A stretch of DNA of 64,000 nt, from positions 21,132-85,131 of IMG/VR virus record IMGVR_UViG_2648501152_000001. One strand, written 5' to 3'. Shown here in pieces: positions 47,901-57,641 of this stretch. Made by a program: the position numbers and the translations under genes. How positions within the stretch are numbered: position 1 is the stretch's first letter; each line of letters begins with the position of its first letter. This DNA is from a virus (Duplodnaviria > Caudoviricetes). The notes below the pieces were generated by a model, which did no database searches, had not been told where the DNA came from, and was given only the letters and a program-made list of their open reading frames with translations.

Positions 47901-50172
47901 CAGGATCGGCGGCATCTGGGATGGGCTCAAGGAAAAGCTCGCTTCCCCGATCAACTGGGTGATCGAGAACGTTTTCAATAAGCTCATCTCGGCGTGGAAC
48001 GCTATTGCCCCGAAGATCGGTTTGCCGGAGATACAGCCTATCGGGTTGATGGTTGATGGCGCAGGCGACGGCGGCGGGTTCAGCAAGGTCAAGCAGTTCA
48101 ACCGTGGTGGCACCGTTGATGGTGTCATGTCCGGATACTCGCCCGGGCGGGATGATCGGATCATCGCCGTGGGTGGTGGTGAAGCCGTCATGCGCCCCGA
48201 ATGGACCCGCGCTGTCGGTAAAGACTTCGTGGAGAACGCCAACGCTGCTGCCCGCTCGGGTGGCGTGTCGGGTGCCCGCAAGTTCATGGGCTACTTCAAC
48301 CGTGGCGGCATTGTGGAGTCGATGGAAGCGGTGGTGCGGAAGCACTTCCCGATGCTGTTGACGAACGACCGTGCCTTCTCCGGTTTGCGGTTCACGGACG
48401 ACGGCTACCACTCGAAGGGCATGGCCGGTGACTTCTCCAATGGTGGGGATGCCGGCACCCCGGAGATGAAGGCGTTCGCCAACTATGTGGCGGACGAATA
48501 CCAGAACCGCACCCTTGAACTGATTCACTCGCCGTTCAATCGGAACATCAACGACTACAAGGATGTTGGGGACGGTTTCGGGTTTTATGGTGCCGGAACC
48601 ATGAATCAGCACCGTAACCACGTGCATTGGGCTGTGGATGGTCCGGTGGGCGAGGGTGGGGCGCCTGATCCGTCACTGTGGGACAAGATCAAGTCCGGTG
48701 TCGGCGGTGTCGTGTCGCGGGTGTCGACGTTCTTCCGAAACCTTGTCGCGGACCAGTTCGAGAAGCCTGTGAATGCTCTCGGGTCAATCATTCCGAATCC
48801 GTTCCCCGGTATCGGTGACTTCGGGTACGTCCCCAAGAAGATGTACGACACCCTGACTGGTAAAGCACTGGATTGGGTGCGCGGCAAGGCAGAAGCTAAG
48901 GACAACGCCGCCGGCAGTTCCGGTTCGTCGGGTGCGCCTCTGGGTGCGTTCGGTGGCAACAGCATGGACTACGCCCGTGAGATCGTGGAGGCCGCGAAGG
49001 AACGTGGGTTGCCGTCGAAGGCCGCGAAGATCGCGTTAATGACGGCGATGGCGGAGTCCAGCCTGAAAATGTGGGCGAACAACTCTGTTCCCGAATCACT
49101 CAACTACCCGCATGACGCCATCGGCTCCGACTACGACAGTGTCGGTCTGTTCCAGCAGCGGGATAACGGGGCATGGGGCACCGTCGAACAACGCATGAAC
49201 CCCCGCGCCTCCGCAGGCATGTTCTACGACGCACTCATGGGTGTCGACTGGCAGTCCATGTCCCCCGCCCAGGCGGCACAAGCGGTGCAGCGGTCCGCGT
49301 TCGCCGACGGCAGCAACTATGCGGCACACGAAGGCCGCGCAGACGAGTTGGTCGCCCAGTTGTACGACGCGGGCGGTGTCATCGAACCCAACAAGCTCGC
49401 CGTCAACCTCTCCGGTAAACCCGAAGCCGTCTTCACCAACGAGGAATGGATGCTCATTCACGAGTTGGTGCGGCTGCTAGGCATGACCGACTTCGTTGAC
49501 AAGCTCGCAGCATCGGACGGACCCAAGGAACTGTCCGGGGAACAACTCACCGGCCTGCCCTCCACCTACGGAACCGGCGAGGGCACGGTTGCGGCAGGCG
49601 GGTATACTTTACCTACGGGAGAACTGTCTAAAGACCTCCGCGCATTCGACAAACTGCACGGCAACCAGAGCAGCGGCTCGGGCGGTTCCAAGTTCCCTGC
49701 GCTCGGTTCCCCCGAACACGTGCAGCAAGCCGGCGCCATCTTCCAAAACGCCACATCCACCTTCGCAGGCAGGGCCAAAGACGCCGGAATGCAATTCCTC
49801 TCCGGCTGGATACCCGACGAACTCATGAACCCCCAAGGACTCGTCGGCGGATTGATCTCCGCAGGCAAAGAACTCTCCGGATGGTTCCACGAAAACCACG
49901 GAACCCCCGACCTGTTCAACGACCCCATCGGCTCCTTGGGGCAGATCGCAGGCGGCTTCATCGGCGGCGGCACACCCCCACCCATGCCGACAGTCGACCC
50001 CGGAGCAGTACAACAACAGGTTGATTCGCTGCGCAACGCGGCACCCGCGCAAGCATCCGGAACCGGATCTGCTGGCGACACATACAACTTCTACGCCAAC
50101 AACGCAGAAGAACTCTGGCGCCGATTCCAAACCATGCAGGCCCAGAAAGCCGCCGGATTCATCGGCCGCTAA
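44950..50172 (+). CDS. tape measure protein
   Basis: 1740 aa, Ala-rich helical; N-terminal PD(L/M)TGF repeats; C-terminal DSVGLFQQR lytic transglycosylase-like motif. Confidence 0.95.
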   Translation: MTAGPFNAGSAHLAIKPRLATDFRQQLRTQLRSVNVEHKVTISPDLTGFRQKLQTAVKSAKAEVKVNVTPDMTGFRTKLNAAVRGTNAPTVKVRVDPDLTGFRTKLNTAIRAVNLPAVRVRVTPDLTGFQAALRTGLASSNANAVRVPVDVDLTQARAQMEAFRTWAGMPIHINVDMDTAGAHAQLSALMVQALGLQATLARMNVSSGVSTGVRAATSAMGGFGAAIGAAKFGLMALAGVSLVPLVGQLVQAAGVIALLPAMGAAATASLATVVVGSTGIVDAFKAAGDASDDVAKNAASNAKKQTDAARQVEDAQRDVGDAYDNAAQTAKDGARQIASAERGVQDAQKRSKAAQEDLTRARKDALEQIEDLNLALKGSAIDEEDALIAVERARERLANLGKDGDQVTILDRREAENNLRGALQRVDEVRERNADLRKETEAANKAGVEGSQQVVAAKEGVAEAIQGEKDAQENLAVTHENVARQNAQAQRQIEDALRRVADAQANQAEALAETSAAVDKYNQALANLSPNARDFVERTRELGDAWGALRMSVQDSLFDGMGAKMQELGGNYIPILTSGLTGLADVLNGKMRQAMDWLNGTEVQNDISAILDNTAEALGPLLNGLGNLGRALLDIATVGSELLPEVTGAFEDGTESFADMIRRMRDDGSLETFMRDSMDAFAQIWRIVKNIGGIASNLFTGSDDLGESWLDSIEKATERWKDFLGTPEGQEEIKKFFQDVKDVVDGIVAAIKFGAGLLGTFRGAGDSNRGGDDGEGALVPEQLPPGQAREAGQARQVWDAADNSTGFWGKTARGFNSLFGFNNETDSYDGGMWNPGTEGSLANRVKGHFTEMGREWDVFTNWIQSGWDDHIGPVFTSIGEGTANISGWFVDRIRTSSVNSWNSLRDAVTDGWGTIRTNWEILRTEGLGGLANEFVSKITNGAVTTWQELPSAIGEGARTIIDEHFPWLGSALDTLEGVFQRGVDRIGGIWDGLKEKLASPINWVIENVFNKLISAWNAIAPKIGLPEIQPIGLMVDGAGDGGGFSKVKQFNRGGTVDGVMSGYSPGRDDRIIAVGGGEAVMRPEWTRAVGKDFVENANAAARSGGVSGARKFMGYFNRGGIVESMEAVVRKHFPMLLTNDRAFSGLRFTDDGYHSKGMAGDFSNGGDAGTPEMKAFANYVADEYQNRTLELIHSPFNRNINDYKDVGDGFGFYGAGTMNQHRNHVHWAVDGPVGEGGAPDPSLWDKIKSGVGGVVSRVSTFFRNLVADQFEKPVNALGSIIPNPFPGIGDFGYVPKKMYDTLTGKALDWVRGKAEAKDNAAGSSGSSGAPLGAFGGNSMDYAREIVEAAKERGLPSKAAKIALMTAMAESSLKMWANNSVPESLNYPHDAIGSDYDSVGLFQQRDNGAWGTVEQRMNPRASAGMFYDALMGVDWQSMSPAQAAQAVQRSAFADGSNYAAHEGRADELVAQLYDAGGVIEPNKLAVNLSGKPEAVFTNEEWMLIHELVRLLGMTDFVDKLAASDGPKELSGEQLTGLPSTYGTGEGTVAAGGYTLPTGELSKDLRAFDKLHGNQSSGSGGSKFPALGSPEHVQQAGAIFQNATSTFAGRAKDAGMQFLSGWIPDELMNPQGLVGGLISAGKELSGWFHENHGTPDLFNDPIGSLGQIAGGFIGGGTPPPMPTVDPGAVQQQVDSLRNAAPAQASGTGSAGDTYNFYANNAEELWRRFQTMQAQKAAGFIGR

Positions 50173-50222
50173 ACCAACCCGCACCACACAACTACATAGA
50201 GACACCCCTTGGGAGGGCGCGC

Positions 50223-51080
50223 GTGAAGACCCTCGTAGAACTCGAAGGCGTCAACGGCAACTGGTTCACCCTCGCCGGCGACGGAGCAGGCGCAGAAGGC
50301 GTCTGGCTCGGCACAGAAGTTGAGGGAATCTACGACGCGCCCGTCAAAACCATCTGGACCGAGCACGCACACCAGATCGGCGCCTCCTACGCGGGATCGA
50401 AGAACCTTCGCCGCGACGTCACCTTCACCGCAGTCATCGGCAACACCGAAGGTGCGTCGTGGGAAGAAAACGACTCCGAATGGCGCAAAGCCTGGTCATA
50501 CGGCCAGGACTGCAAACTGTGGATCGGAACAGAGAACAGTCGTAGGCATTTGAAGCTCCGCATGTCGGAGCAGCCGATGTTCAAGCCGGTCCACGATCCG
50601 CACCAGGTTCGGGTTGAAAAGGTCTTCATGACCTGCGTGGCTGGCGACCCGTGGTGGTATGAGGACGACGAAACCGATACGTGGACACTCACATCGGGCA
50701 CGTCCGGCAATGGCACCGTCACCGTATCCAACCCCACTGATCAGCCGATCTGGCTTAAGTGGGTGCTGCAAGGCCCTGGGCGTTGGGTCATCCCCGACTT
50801 TTCCTGGTTGGACGACCAGTGGGCTGCGCGCAAGGTGTCCATGCCGCTACAGGCGGACGGGCAAACATTCCTGGTCAACACAGATCCGTTCGAGGATCAA
50901 CTCCGAGACCCTAACGGCTCGCAGGTGTGGTCGCTCATGAACGGTGTCAGCCTCCTGCATCCGGTGCCGGCGTACACGCCTGAAACAGAGCTGCCTGTCT
51001 CTGTTTCTGAGGCTGCTGCTGGGGTTGGTATTCAGGTGCGTTGCCCGCGCACGTGGTCTCGTCCTTGGGGCATGCAGTGA
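50223..51080 (+). CDS. minor tail protein (distal tail, Dit-like)
   Basis: Follows TMP; NPTDQPIWLKW, PRTWSRPWG typical of actinophages. Confidence 0.85.
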   Translation: MKTLVELEGVNGNWFTLAGDGAGAEGVWLGTEVEGIYDAPVKTIWTEHAHQIGASYAGSKNLRRDVTFTAVIGNTEGASWEENDSEWRKAWSYGQDCKLWIGTENSRRHLKLRMSEQPMFKPVHDPHQVRVEKVFMTCVAGDPWWYEDDETDTWTLTSGTSGNGTVTVSNPTDQPIWLKWVLQGPGRWVIPDFSWLDDQWAARKVSMPLQADGQTFLVNTDPFEDQLRDPNGSQVWSLMNGVSLLHPVPAYTPETELPVSVSEAAAGVGIQVRCPRTWSRPWGMQ

Positions 51081-52717
51081 GTGTAGCTACGCTAGATTTC
51101 GATACTGCATTCGCCGAGTTCCAGAAGGATATTGCGGAGGAGAAGGCGGAGCGCATCAAGCCGCCCGTGGTGAAATTCTGGGACGGGTCCTGGAATTTGC
51201 GTGGTGTTGTTACCCGTATTAATTCTGCGAGTGTGCAGGAAGTCAACAATGAGGTTGGCGTAGCGAACTTTGAGTTGCCGCTCGATTATTGGATGAGCGA
51301 GTGGGTTGTCAATCTCGATGAGCGTTCCACGAAGAATATTCATGTCACTGTCGAAAAGGATGGTGCCCGCTGGGGCGGGCGGATGGAGTCGTTTTCGGTC
51401 GTTAAGAACGAAGACGGCACGGGTGTTCTGAAACTTCAGTTCAAGCATGACTTGGAAGAACTGAAGCACATCATTGTGTATTCGAATCCGTGGCTTCCGC
51501 CGGAGGTGCAGTTTCCGCGGTTGTGGCTGCTGTTTGGGCCGTCCGCGTGGGCGCTCAAGACGACACTTCTCGTCAACATTATTCGTCTCTACAGTTCCGC
51601 GTGGGCGATCAAGCCGGACCCGATGAACCCGAACGGCTGGGACAGCCTCGACCAGTCCACATGGATGCTCGCAGTCAAACCGGGATCAATCGACGGAGAC
51701 AACAGTCTTCCCGCGATCGTCCACTCACGTTTCCGAACGATGTTCGATGTGGCGAAGAATGTCATGGAGGATGCGCAGCTCACGTGGGAGTGCCGGCGCT
51801 ACCTGGACGGCGATGAGCCGCCGTGGGAGGGCGCCAACCTGCGACATGGCTGCCTGGTGTTCGACATTGTCGACAAGTCCGGTTTCACGAGTGGCACGTC
51901 GTTCGGCGGCAGTTTGTGGGATGGCTTGGTTCGGGCGTTCATCAATATCGACGCTGATGGCCTCACTGAGGGTGTTGACATCATCAGTGATCCGAACATG
52001 CCTGAGGAGTATCGCGACCCTGATTTCAAGGGAACTCTCCCTGAGGCGCCGTGGGTTATTTACCGCGATGGCGTGAACACTGGTATTCAGAGTAGCGATT
52101 TTACGTATAAGCCTCCGACCGATGTTGGGGTTGTGGGTGGCGGGCATTCGATGCCTGGCGTGAATGAGCTTATTTCCGCCACCATTCAAATGATCGGCGA
52201 TTTGACCGCCATGATCCCGGGTGTTCCGCCTCTTGGCGGAATTGCTGATGCCCTGCTGAAGCCGCTCTACACGGACGTTTTTTTGGCTTTCGGAAAATGG
52301 CGGTCGCAGCAACGTGCGTATGATCTTGGCGCCAGCCACTACCACGAAAAGTTCGCGGAAGGCGCGGACCGCGCATATACGCTGTCGTGGCTTCTCGCGA
52401 TGCGTACCGGCATGTGGGTGACTCGGGAACAAACGTCACATACCGTTGTTGTTGCAGATGGTGCGCCATATCGGATTGGGCAGCGCGGGTACGGGCATTA
52501 TTGGATTGGTGACCGTATCGGTTCCACGGTTCGGGGTATGCCTGAAGGTCGCGTCTTTGTTGATCGGGTTTCCGAAATCACGCTTACTTGGGATCGGAAC
52601 AAGGCGCCGACATGGGACGTGATAATCGGCGCCCGTGAGATTAAAGACCCCATTGTGAAGGCGTGGGAGAAGATTAGGGAGCTGCTTTCGATCGTCCGCG
52701 ATCTCGGACTCGTCTAG
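51077..52717 (+). CDS. minor tail protein (baseplate hub, Tal-like)
   Basis: GTG 51077; WDG...RWGGR...NPWLP...QFP...GG.S.PGVNE. Confidence 0.85.
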   Translation: MSVATLDFDTAFAEFQKDIAEEKAERIKPPVVKFWDGSWNLRGVVTRINSASVQEVNNEVGVANFELPLDYWMSEWVVNLDERSTKNIHVTVEKDGARWGGRMESFSVVKNEDGTGVLKLQFKHDLEELKHIIVYSNPWLPPEVQFPRLWLLFGPSAWALKTTLLVNIIRLYSSAWAIKPDPMNPNGWDSLDQSTWMLAVKPGSIDGDNSLPAIVHSRFRTMFDVAKNVMEDAQLTWECRRYLDGDEPPWEGANLRHGCLVFDIVDKSGFTSGTSFGGSLWDGLVRAFINIDADGLTEGVDIISDPNMPEEYRDPDFKGTLPEAPWVIYRDGVNTGIQSSDFTYKPPTDVGVVGGGHSMPGVNELISATIQMIGDLTAMIPGVPPLGGIADALLKPLYTDVFLAFGKWRSQQRAYDLGASHYHEKFAEGADRAYTLSWLLAMRTGMWVTREQTSHTVVVADGAPYRIGQRGYGHYWIGDRIGSTVRGMPEGRVFVDRVSEITLTWDRNKAPTWDVIIGAREIKDPIVKAWEKIRELLSIVRDLGLV

Positions 52718-53253
52718 CCAGCCACCTTAATGTTCCTAAGGTAGCGCTCCCGAGATGAGTTCGCGGTACAGGTCTTGCACTGTCGCGCCGTGCGATCGCC
52801 GTTCTTGTCTAGCTTCCAATAGATGTTGTCGGGTGTGAACTCGTGGCCGCGAATGCAGTGTGTCTTGTTCTTCATGAAGTGGTTGCCGTTGCGGACAATA
52901 TCCTTCATGTTCTCATCGTGGATGTCCCAGCGCAGGTTTACCGCGCGGTTGTCTGTGCGAATGTCATTGTTGTGGCAGCCGCAGTGATCCGGAGAGGGCT
53001 TGGGTCCGATGAAGGACTCAAGTACTAGTTGGTGCACAAGTCGCGTCCGCTTGCCATCAGGGTATGAGATGCGGACTTGCAGATAGCCTCCGGTGTCTGC
53101 GGAGGGTCGGAGCGGTTTTCCCTTCAGGTTCCACACGCCTCTCGCTCGCAGGACTTCACGGTCCAAGCTTCGAACGTTGCCGTGATCCGAGACTTCGTAG
53201 CAGCCTTCTGCGCCAACAACAGGGCGCCACTGCTCAATGGTAGAATGGTCCAT
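52714..53253 (-). CDS. NUMOD4-HNH homing endonuclease
   Basis: EQWRPVVG.EG.YEVSD.G.VRS, VHQLVLESF, CH.N....DNR..NLRW, THC.RGH. Confidence 0.92.
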   Translation of the reverse strand: MDHSTIEQWRPVVGAEGCYEVSDHGNVRSLDREVLRARGVWNLKGKPLRPSADTGGYLQVRISYPDGKRTRLVHQLVLESFIGPKPSPDHCGCHNNDIRTDNRAVNLRWDIHDENMKDIVRNGNHFMKNKTHCIRGHEFTPDNIYWKLDKNGDRTARQCKTCTANSSRERYLRNIKVAG

Positions 53254-53362
53254 GTTGGGACTCCTGTACCTTGTTCCGACCGTAGCCCCGGGCCGTTCCA
53301 GCGGTCGCGGGGTTTTCTAACGCCACAACTATATACTAGCTACGTGTACGGGAGACGGCACT

Positions 53363-53791
53363 GTGAGCATCGAGACGTACGAAAAGTGCAACATGGAAGA
53401 TCCCCAGGAGCACTTCCTCTGGGCGCTTGGTCTTATCCCTGGTATTGGGGCGTCGCCGTTGATGTTCCCGAAGAATTATGCGTCTGCGATCTCGAAGCAC
53501 CTCTACGAGCTTGGCTTTCGGCATCATCCGGAGTTGCAGGAGAAGAAGTTCCGGAAGCCGTATCGGGGTGTGCAAAGCCGGTTCAACCCTGCCGGTAATT
53601 GGGTTCCGGTTGATGATCCAGACCCGGAGCCGGTGGTGTTGCCGAACGTTGGTGCCTACACGACGCAGGAGAATGAGGCGATTTTGGCGCAGTATGCGGC
53701 GTCGGGTGCGCTTGATGCGAAGGTGCAGGAGTTGGCGCAGGCGGAGATCGATCGTTTCAAGGCGTACGTGGTGGGGGAGAACGATTCCTGA
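53363..53791 (+). CDS. minor tail protein (DUF2744-like)
   Basis: DPQEHFLWAL...SKHL...GFRH...WVP. Confidence 0.8.
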   Translation: MSIETYEKCNMEDPQEHFLWALGLIPGIGASPLMFPKNYASAISKHLYELGFRHHPELQEKKFRKPYRGVQSRFNPAGNWVPVDDPDPEPVVLPNVGAYTTQENEAILAQYAASGALDAKVQELAQAEIDRFKAYVVGENDS

Positions 53792-54309
53792 TGGCATCCA
53801 AGTTCTGGCCCATGAAGCGTGGTCACGTCGTCACCTCCGGTTTCGGCGCCAGGTGGGGGACAACCCACTGGGGCGCGGATTTCGGGTGGGATGGTGGATC
53901 TGGTGGCCTGCCTGTGTTCGCTGTGCAGGGCGGCACGGTCGTGATGGTTGGTCCCGCGTCCGGTTTCGGTAGCTGGGTTGTTGTTGATCATCCGACCGGG
54001 GATGGTGGCGGCACCACCGTGTATGGGCACATCATTCCTGAGGTTCGCCAGGGGCAGCGGGTGGAGGCTGGGCAGCGTATCGCCCGGATCAACCCGGATT
54101 CGAACACGAATGGTGGGGTTGCTCCGCATCTGCACTTGGAGTGGCACCGCTACACGTGGGCGCAGCCGGGCTCGAACCGTCTTGACCCGGTTCCGATGCT
54201 TGCTGGCGCCGCGTATCCGGATGAGGCACCCGGGCCGGCGCCCACTGCGAGTCCTCTGGTGGATCGTTGGCGGCTGATTCTGGAACAACTGATTGGACCG
54301 TTGCGATGA
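53791..54309 (+). CDS. lysin A, M23 peptidase
   Basis: TSGFGARWGT.HWGADFG, YGH, PHLHLE. Confidence 0.9.
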   Translation: MASKFWPMKRGHVVTSGFGARWGTTHWGADFGWDGGSGGLPVFAVQGGTVVMVGPASGFGSWVVVDHPTGDGGGTTVYGHIIPEVRQGQRVEAGQRIARINPDSNTNGGVAPHLHLEWHRYTWAQPGSNRLDPVPMLAGAAYPDEAPGPAPTASPLVDRWRLILEQLIGPLR

Positions 54310-55277
54310 CCCTCTACGGAATCGATGTTTCGAACCATCAGGGCAACTTTGATTTTGGTGCGGCGAAGCGTGAAGGGTTTTCCTTTGCCACGCACAAGGT
54401 TACTGAGGGTGACGGCTACCGTGACCCGTACTGGCCGCGTGCGCGCGAGGAGATGCGCCAGCGCTTCACCGGCCTGTTCGCTGGCTACCATTTTGCCCGC
54501 AACAACGTCGATGTGAATCGTCAGGCTGATGCGCTGTTGGCGCACCTTGGCGACACGTCGATTCCGATTCAGTTGGACTACGAGGATACCAGCACTCGCG
54601 GTTCGATTGAGAACATGCGCGCCCTGATCGCTGCGATTGAAGCCCGTGGGATGCGGGTGTTCGCGAACTATCTTCCACGCTGGTACTGGACTGGGCACAT
54701 GGGTGCGCCGCGTTTGGATGGCACACCTGTTCTGTGGAACTCGCACTACGTCAATGGAACCGGGTATGCGTCTGCACTGTATCCGGGTGATGGTCATGCG
54801 GGTTGGGAGTCGTTCCATGCTGGCGCCCCGGAGGTGAAGATCCTTCAGTTCTCGGAGCGGGGTTTGGTGGCTGGTCAGTCGATCGATGTGAATGCGTTCC
54901 GTGGCAGTGAGGATGAGTTGCGCGCCCTGTTCGGTGGTGCGCCTATCGGAGGGGGAGTTGTGGCTGATGTTCCGACGTTGATTCAGGATCAGTTGGCTGG
55001 TCCGGGCGGTCAGGGCTGGGAGCTTCTGGGTCGCAGTAAGGTTGATCCGGCGCGTTTCAACACTCTTGTTGAGGCGGTTGCTGAGGTTCGTTCTGCGCTT
55101 GTAGAGCCGCGTCCGTCGTTTGTGGATGGTTCCACGGTGAAGTTGGATGTTCCGACGTTTGTGCAGTGCACGGATGCGGCGACGTTCCGTGCGGAACGTG
55201 AGGTTGTTGCTCTGCGGGCTGAGGTTAAGGCGCTCACCGATGTTGTGAAGACTCTCGTCGAGAAGGTGGGTAAGTAA
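54306..55277 (+). CDS. lysin A, GH25 muramidase
   Basis: ATG 54306; GIDVSNHQ, K.TEG, YHF, LDYE, LQFS, DVN.F.G. Confidence 0.9.
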   Translation: MTLYGIDVSNHQGNFDFGAAKREGFSFATHKVTEGDGYRDPYWPRAREEMRQRFTGLFAGYHFARNNVDVNRQADALLAHLGDTSIPIQLDYEDTSTRGSIENMRALIAAIEARGMRVFANYLPRWYWTGHMGAPRLDGTPVLWNSHYVNGTGYASALYPGDGHAGWESFHAGAPEVKILQFSERGLVAGQSIDVNAFRGSEDELRALFGGAPIGGGVVADVPTLIQDQLAGPGGQGWELLGRSKVDPARFNTLVEAVAEVRSALVEPRPSFVDGSTVKLDVPTFVQCTDAATFRAEREVVALRAEVKALTDVVKTLVEKVGK

Positions 55278-55621
55278 TGTTCATTAAGAATCCGGCAGCC
55301 CGTAAGGCTGTGTATGCGGTGCTGGCTGCGCTTGGTGCCGGCGCTGTGGCGTATGGGCTGATTGATCAGTCGACGGCGTCGATGCTGGTTGCTGCGGTTG
55401 GTTCACTGCTGGTGGGGCAGTCGGCGTTGGCGGGTGGCAATATCACTCCGCGGGTGCCTGTTGAGGATGTGCGTGAGCAGGTGCAGTCTGCGGTGCAGGA
55501 AGCTGTTGGTCCGGTTGTGTCGCAGGTTCCGAATGTTGTTGGCGATGTGGTCGCTCAGGCGCAGGCGGGTGTGGATGCTGCTCGTGCCGAGTTGGAGCGC
55601 CGCATCGGCATGGGGCGGTAA
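55277..55621 (+). CDS. holin
   Basis: Two TM segments, ARKAVY...YGLI; follows the lysins. Confidence 0.75.
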   Translation: MFIKNPAARKAVYAVLAALGAGAVAYGLIDQSTASMLVAAVGSLLVGQSALAGGNITPRVPVEDVREQVQSAVQEAVGPVVSQVPNVVGDVVAQAQAGVDAARAELERRIGMGR

Positions 55622-55624
55622 ACC

Positions 55625-56002
55625 GTGGGTGACATCACCATTCCGGCGGATGTGTGGCAGCATCCGCTGGTGTGGTGGTTGATCCTCGCAGGGGTCGCAT
55701 TTACGATTGTGGTAAAGTTTGGGTCGGCGAATGCTGTCACCCTCACCCCCTTGTTCCGCTGGTGGTCCGAACGTGACGCCCGCAAAATCATGCGGCAAGC
55801 CGAAATCGAAGCCGCAGCCCTCATCCTCAACGATCAGCGTGTCGTGGCCCTCACCAATCAGGTGATGGGCCTTGTGAAACAGGTTCAGGAACTCACTTCC
55901 GAACTGTCCACGGCGCACGGCGAAATCACATCGCTTCGCAACGAGATTGCGTCGCTCCGTAAAGAACTCGGCGACTACCGGGACGAACATCCCGAACTTT
56001 GA
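55625..56002 (+). CDS. membrane protein with coiled coil (lysis cassette)
   Basis: One TM segment plus heptads. Confidence 0.65.
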   Translation: MGDITIPADVWQHPLVWWLILAGVAFTIVVKFGSANAVTLTPLFRWWSERDARKIMRQAEIEAAALILNDQRVVALTNQVMGLVKQVQELTSELSTAHGEITSLRNEIASLRKELGDYRDEHPEL

Positions 56003-56036
56003 TCCACGCTACACAACTTCATAGAGGTGCCCCAGG

Positions 56037-57248
56037 ATGACAACCCCCGGCGGTGACGCGCCAGAAGGCGCCTATGTGATCGGTTCCGGCTACGGCAGCG
56101 ATGTCACCGAAGACTCTGTGCGTTCCATGACCAAGGGGAGTGTACTCAGCCCGTGGTCCAAGGCGCAGAACAACTACCAGACTTCCACTGCGGGCATGTA
56201 CCGCGAGGTTACCCGCCTCGACAACCGTATTGACGAAATCATTTTCGGCAACGAACTCGTCAATCTCGCCACCTTCTCCACATCTGGCACGTGGACGAAA
56301 CCCCCTGGCGCAACTCGCGTTGTGGTGAATGTGCTGGCCGGATCGTCTGGTGGAGGTTGCGGAAACAACAGTGCTGGCGGGCAGGCTGATTGGCAGGGCG
56401 GGTTCGGCGGCTGGTCTGGCGGATGGCAGCGCGCCACCATCCTTGCCGGCGATTTACCGGAAACTGTCGAGGTTGTTGTCGGGGCCGGTAGCGATGGGGC
56501 GACGACTCGCGGAGCTGCGGTGGCTGCCGGGGATTCGGCGTTCGGCACGTATGTTGTCGCTGTCGGCGCATCTGGCACAAACTATGGGACGGGCAACTAT
56601 TCGTTCCGTGTTCGTGGCGGTGATGGTGGATATGCGACCGGCAATCAGGTTGTTGGCGGCGAGTACGTTTCAGCCACTTATGGTGGTGCTGGTTCGTTCA
56701 GTCCCGGTGGCGAGGCTGGCGCTCCGAATGCCTCGGGTAATCCTGGTGTGAATGGCTATTCGGTCACTGAGGTTGGCAAGATCGGCATGGGTTCCGGGGG
56801 TGGTGGTGGCGCCCAGAATGGTAGTGGCGGCTTGGGTGGGCGTGGCGGTGATGGTGGTTGGCCGTCCGGCCCTGGCGGTGGTGGCGGCGCGAGCAACCTT
56901 GGTGGTCCGCTCGGTTATGGCGGTAAGGGTTCTGCTGGCGCGGTGTTTGTTATGACGTATTTGGAGGACACGTTGGGGATTGCCCCGACTGCCCCCACTG
57001 GTTTGGCGGCGAGTGAGATCACTCCGTCGTCGGCGAAGATCACGTGGGTCGCATCCACGGACGATATTGCGGTCCGCAACTACAAGGTGTTTGTGGATGG
57101 CACTGAGGTGGCTGCGGTGGACGGCATTTCGCACACGGTGACGGGTTTGTCGCCTGCGACCACATATCAGGTCACGGTGCGCGCTGTCGATCTGGGCGGT
57201 AACGCCTCGAACGAATCCTCCCCACTGTCGTTCACTACCACGGTCTAG
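56037..57248 (+). CDS. glycine-rich minor tail protein with FN3 domain
   Basis: TWTKP.GA, Gly-rich core, APTAPTGL...W.AS.D...GLSPATTY.V.VRA.D. Confidence 0.85.
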   Translation: MTTPGGDAPEGAYVIGSGYGSDVTEDSVRSMTKGSVLSPWSKAQNNYQTSTAGMYREVTRLDNRIDEIIFGNELVNLATFSTSGTWTKPPGATRVVVNVLAGSSGGGCGNNSAGGQADWQGGFGGWSGGWQRATILAGDLPETVEVVVGAGSDGATTRGAAVAAGDSAFGTYVVAVGASGTNYGTGNYSFRVRGGDGGYATGNQVVGGEYVSATYGGAGSFSPGGEAGAPNASGNPGVNGYSVTEVGKIGMGSGGGGGAQNGSGGLGGRGGDGGWPSGPGGGGGASNLGGPLGYGGKGSAGAVFVMTYLEDTLGIAPTAPTGLAASEITPSSAKITWVASTDDIAVRNYKVFVDGTEVAAVDGISHTVTGLSPATTYQVTVRAVDLGGNASNESSPLSFTTTV

Positions 57249-57266
57249 CTTCGAGGAGTTTCCAGT

Positions 57267-57632
57267 ATGCCTACGGCTGTGAAGGTTGCGGATGAGGTCG
57301 GCGGGTTCGCCGGTCCGGGCACGTTGTATCGGGTTGATCCACCGATGAATGGCACCGAGTATGTGTTGCTGTATCACCAGCCGCCGGCGTTCGGTCAGCA
57401 CGGTCAGTTGTGTGTCATTTTGGCGACGAAGAATGGTGCGTCGTTTACTCGGGATGTGCGTCCGCAGCCGGGAACGTATGTGACGGACGATCCGAATCAT
57501 GCGTTGTCGCTGCAACTTGCGGGCGGCTATGTGGTCACGGAACCGGCGCCAGTCGAGACGCCCACGGAGGAGCCTGCTCCCGATGAGCCAGCCACGGAAG
57601 ACCATGGCGCGTCGATCCCTACTAGCGGTTAG
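57267..57632 (+). CDS. tail-region hypothetical protein
   Basis: GAGGAG RBS; LYRVDPP. Confidence 0.65.
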   Translation: MPTAVKVADEVGGFAGPGTLYRVDPPMNGTEYVLLYHQPPAFGQHGQLCVILATKNGASFTRDVRPQPGTYVTDDPNHALSLQLAGGYVVTEPAPVETPTEEPAPDEPATEDHGASIPTSG

Positions 57633-57641
57633 GCGGTTCCG

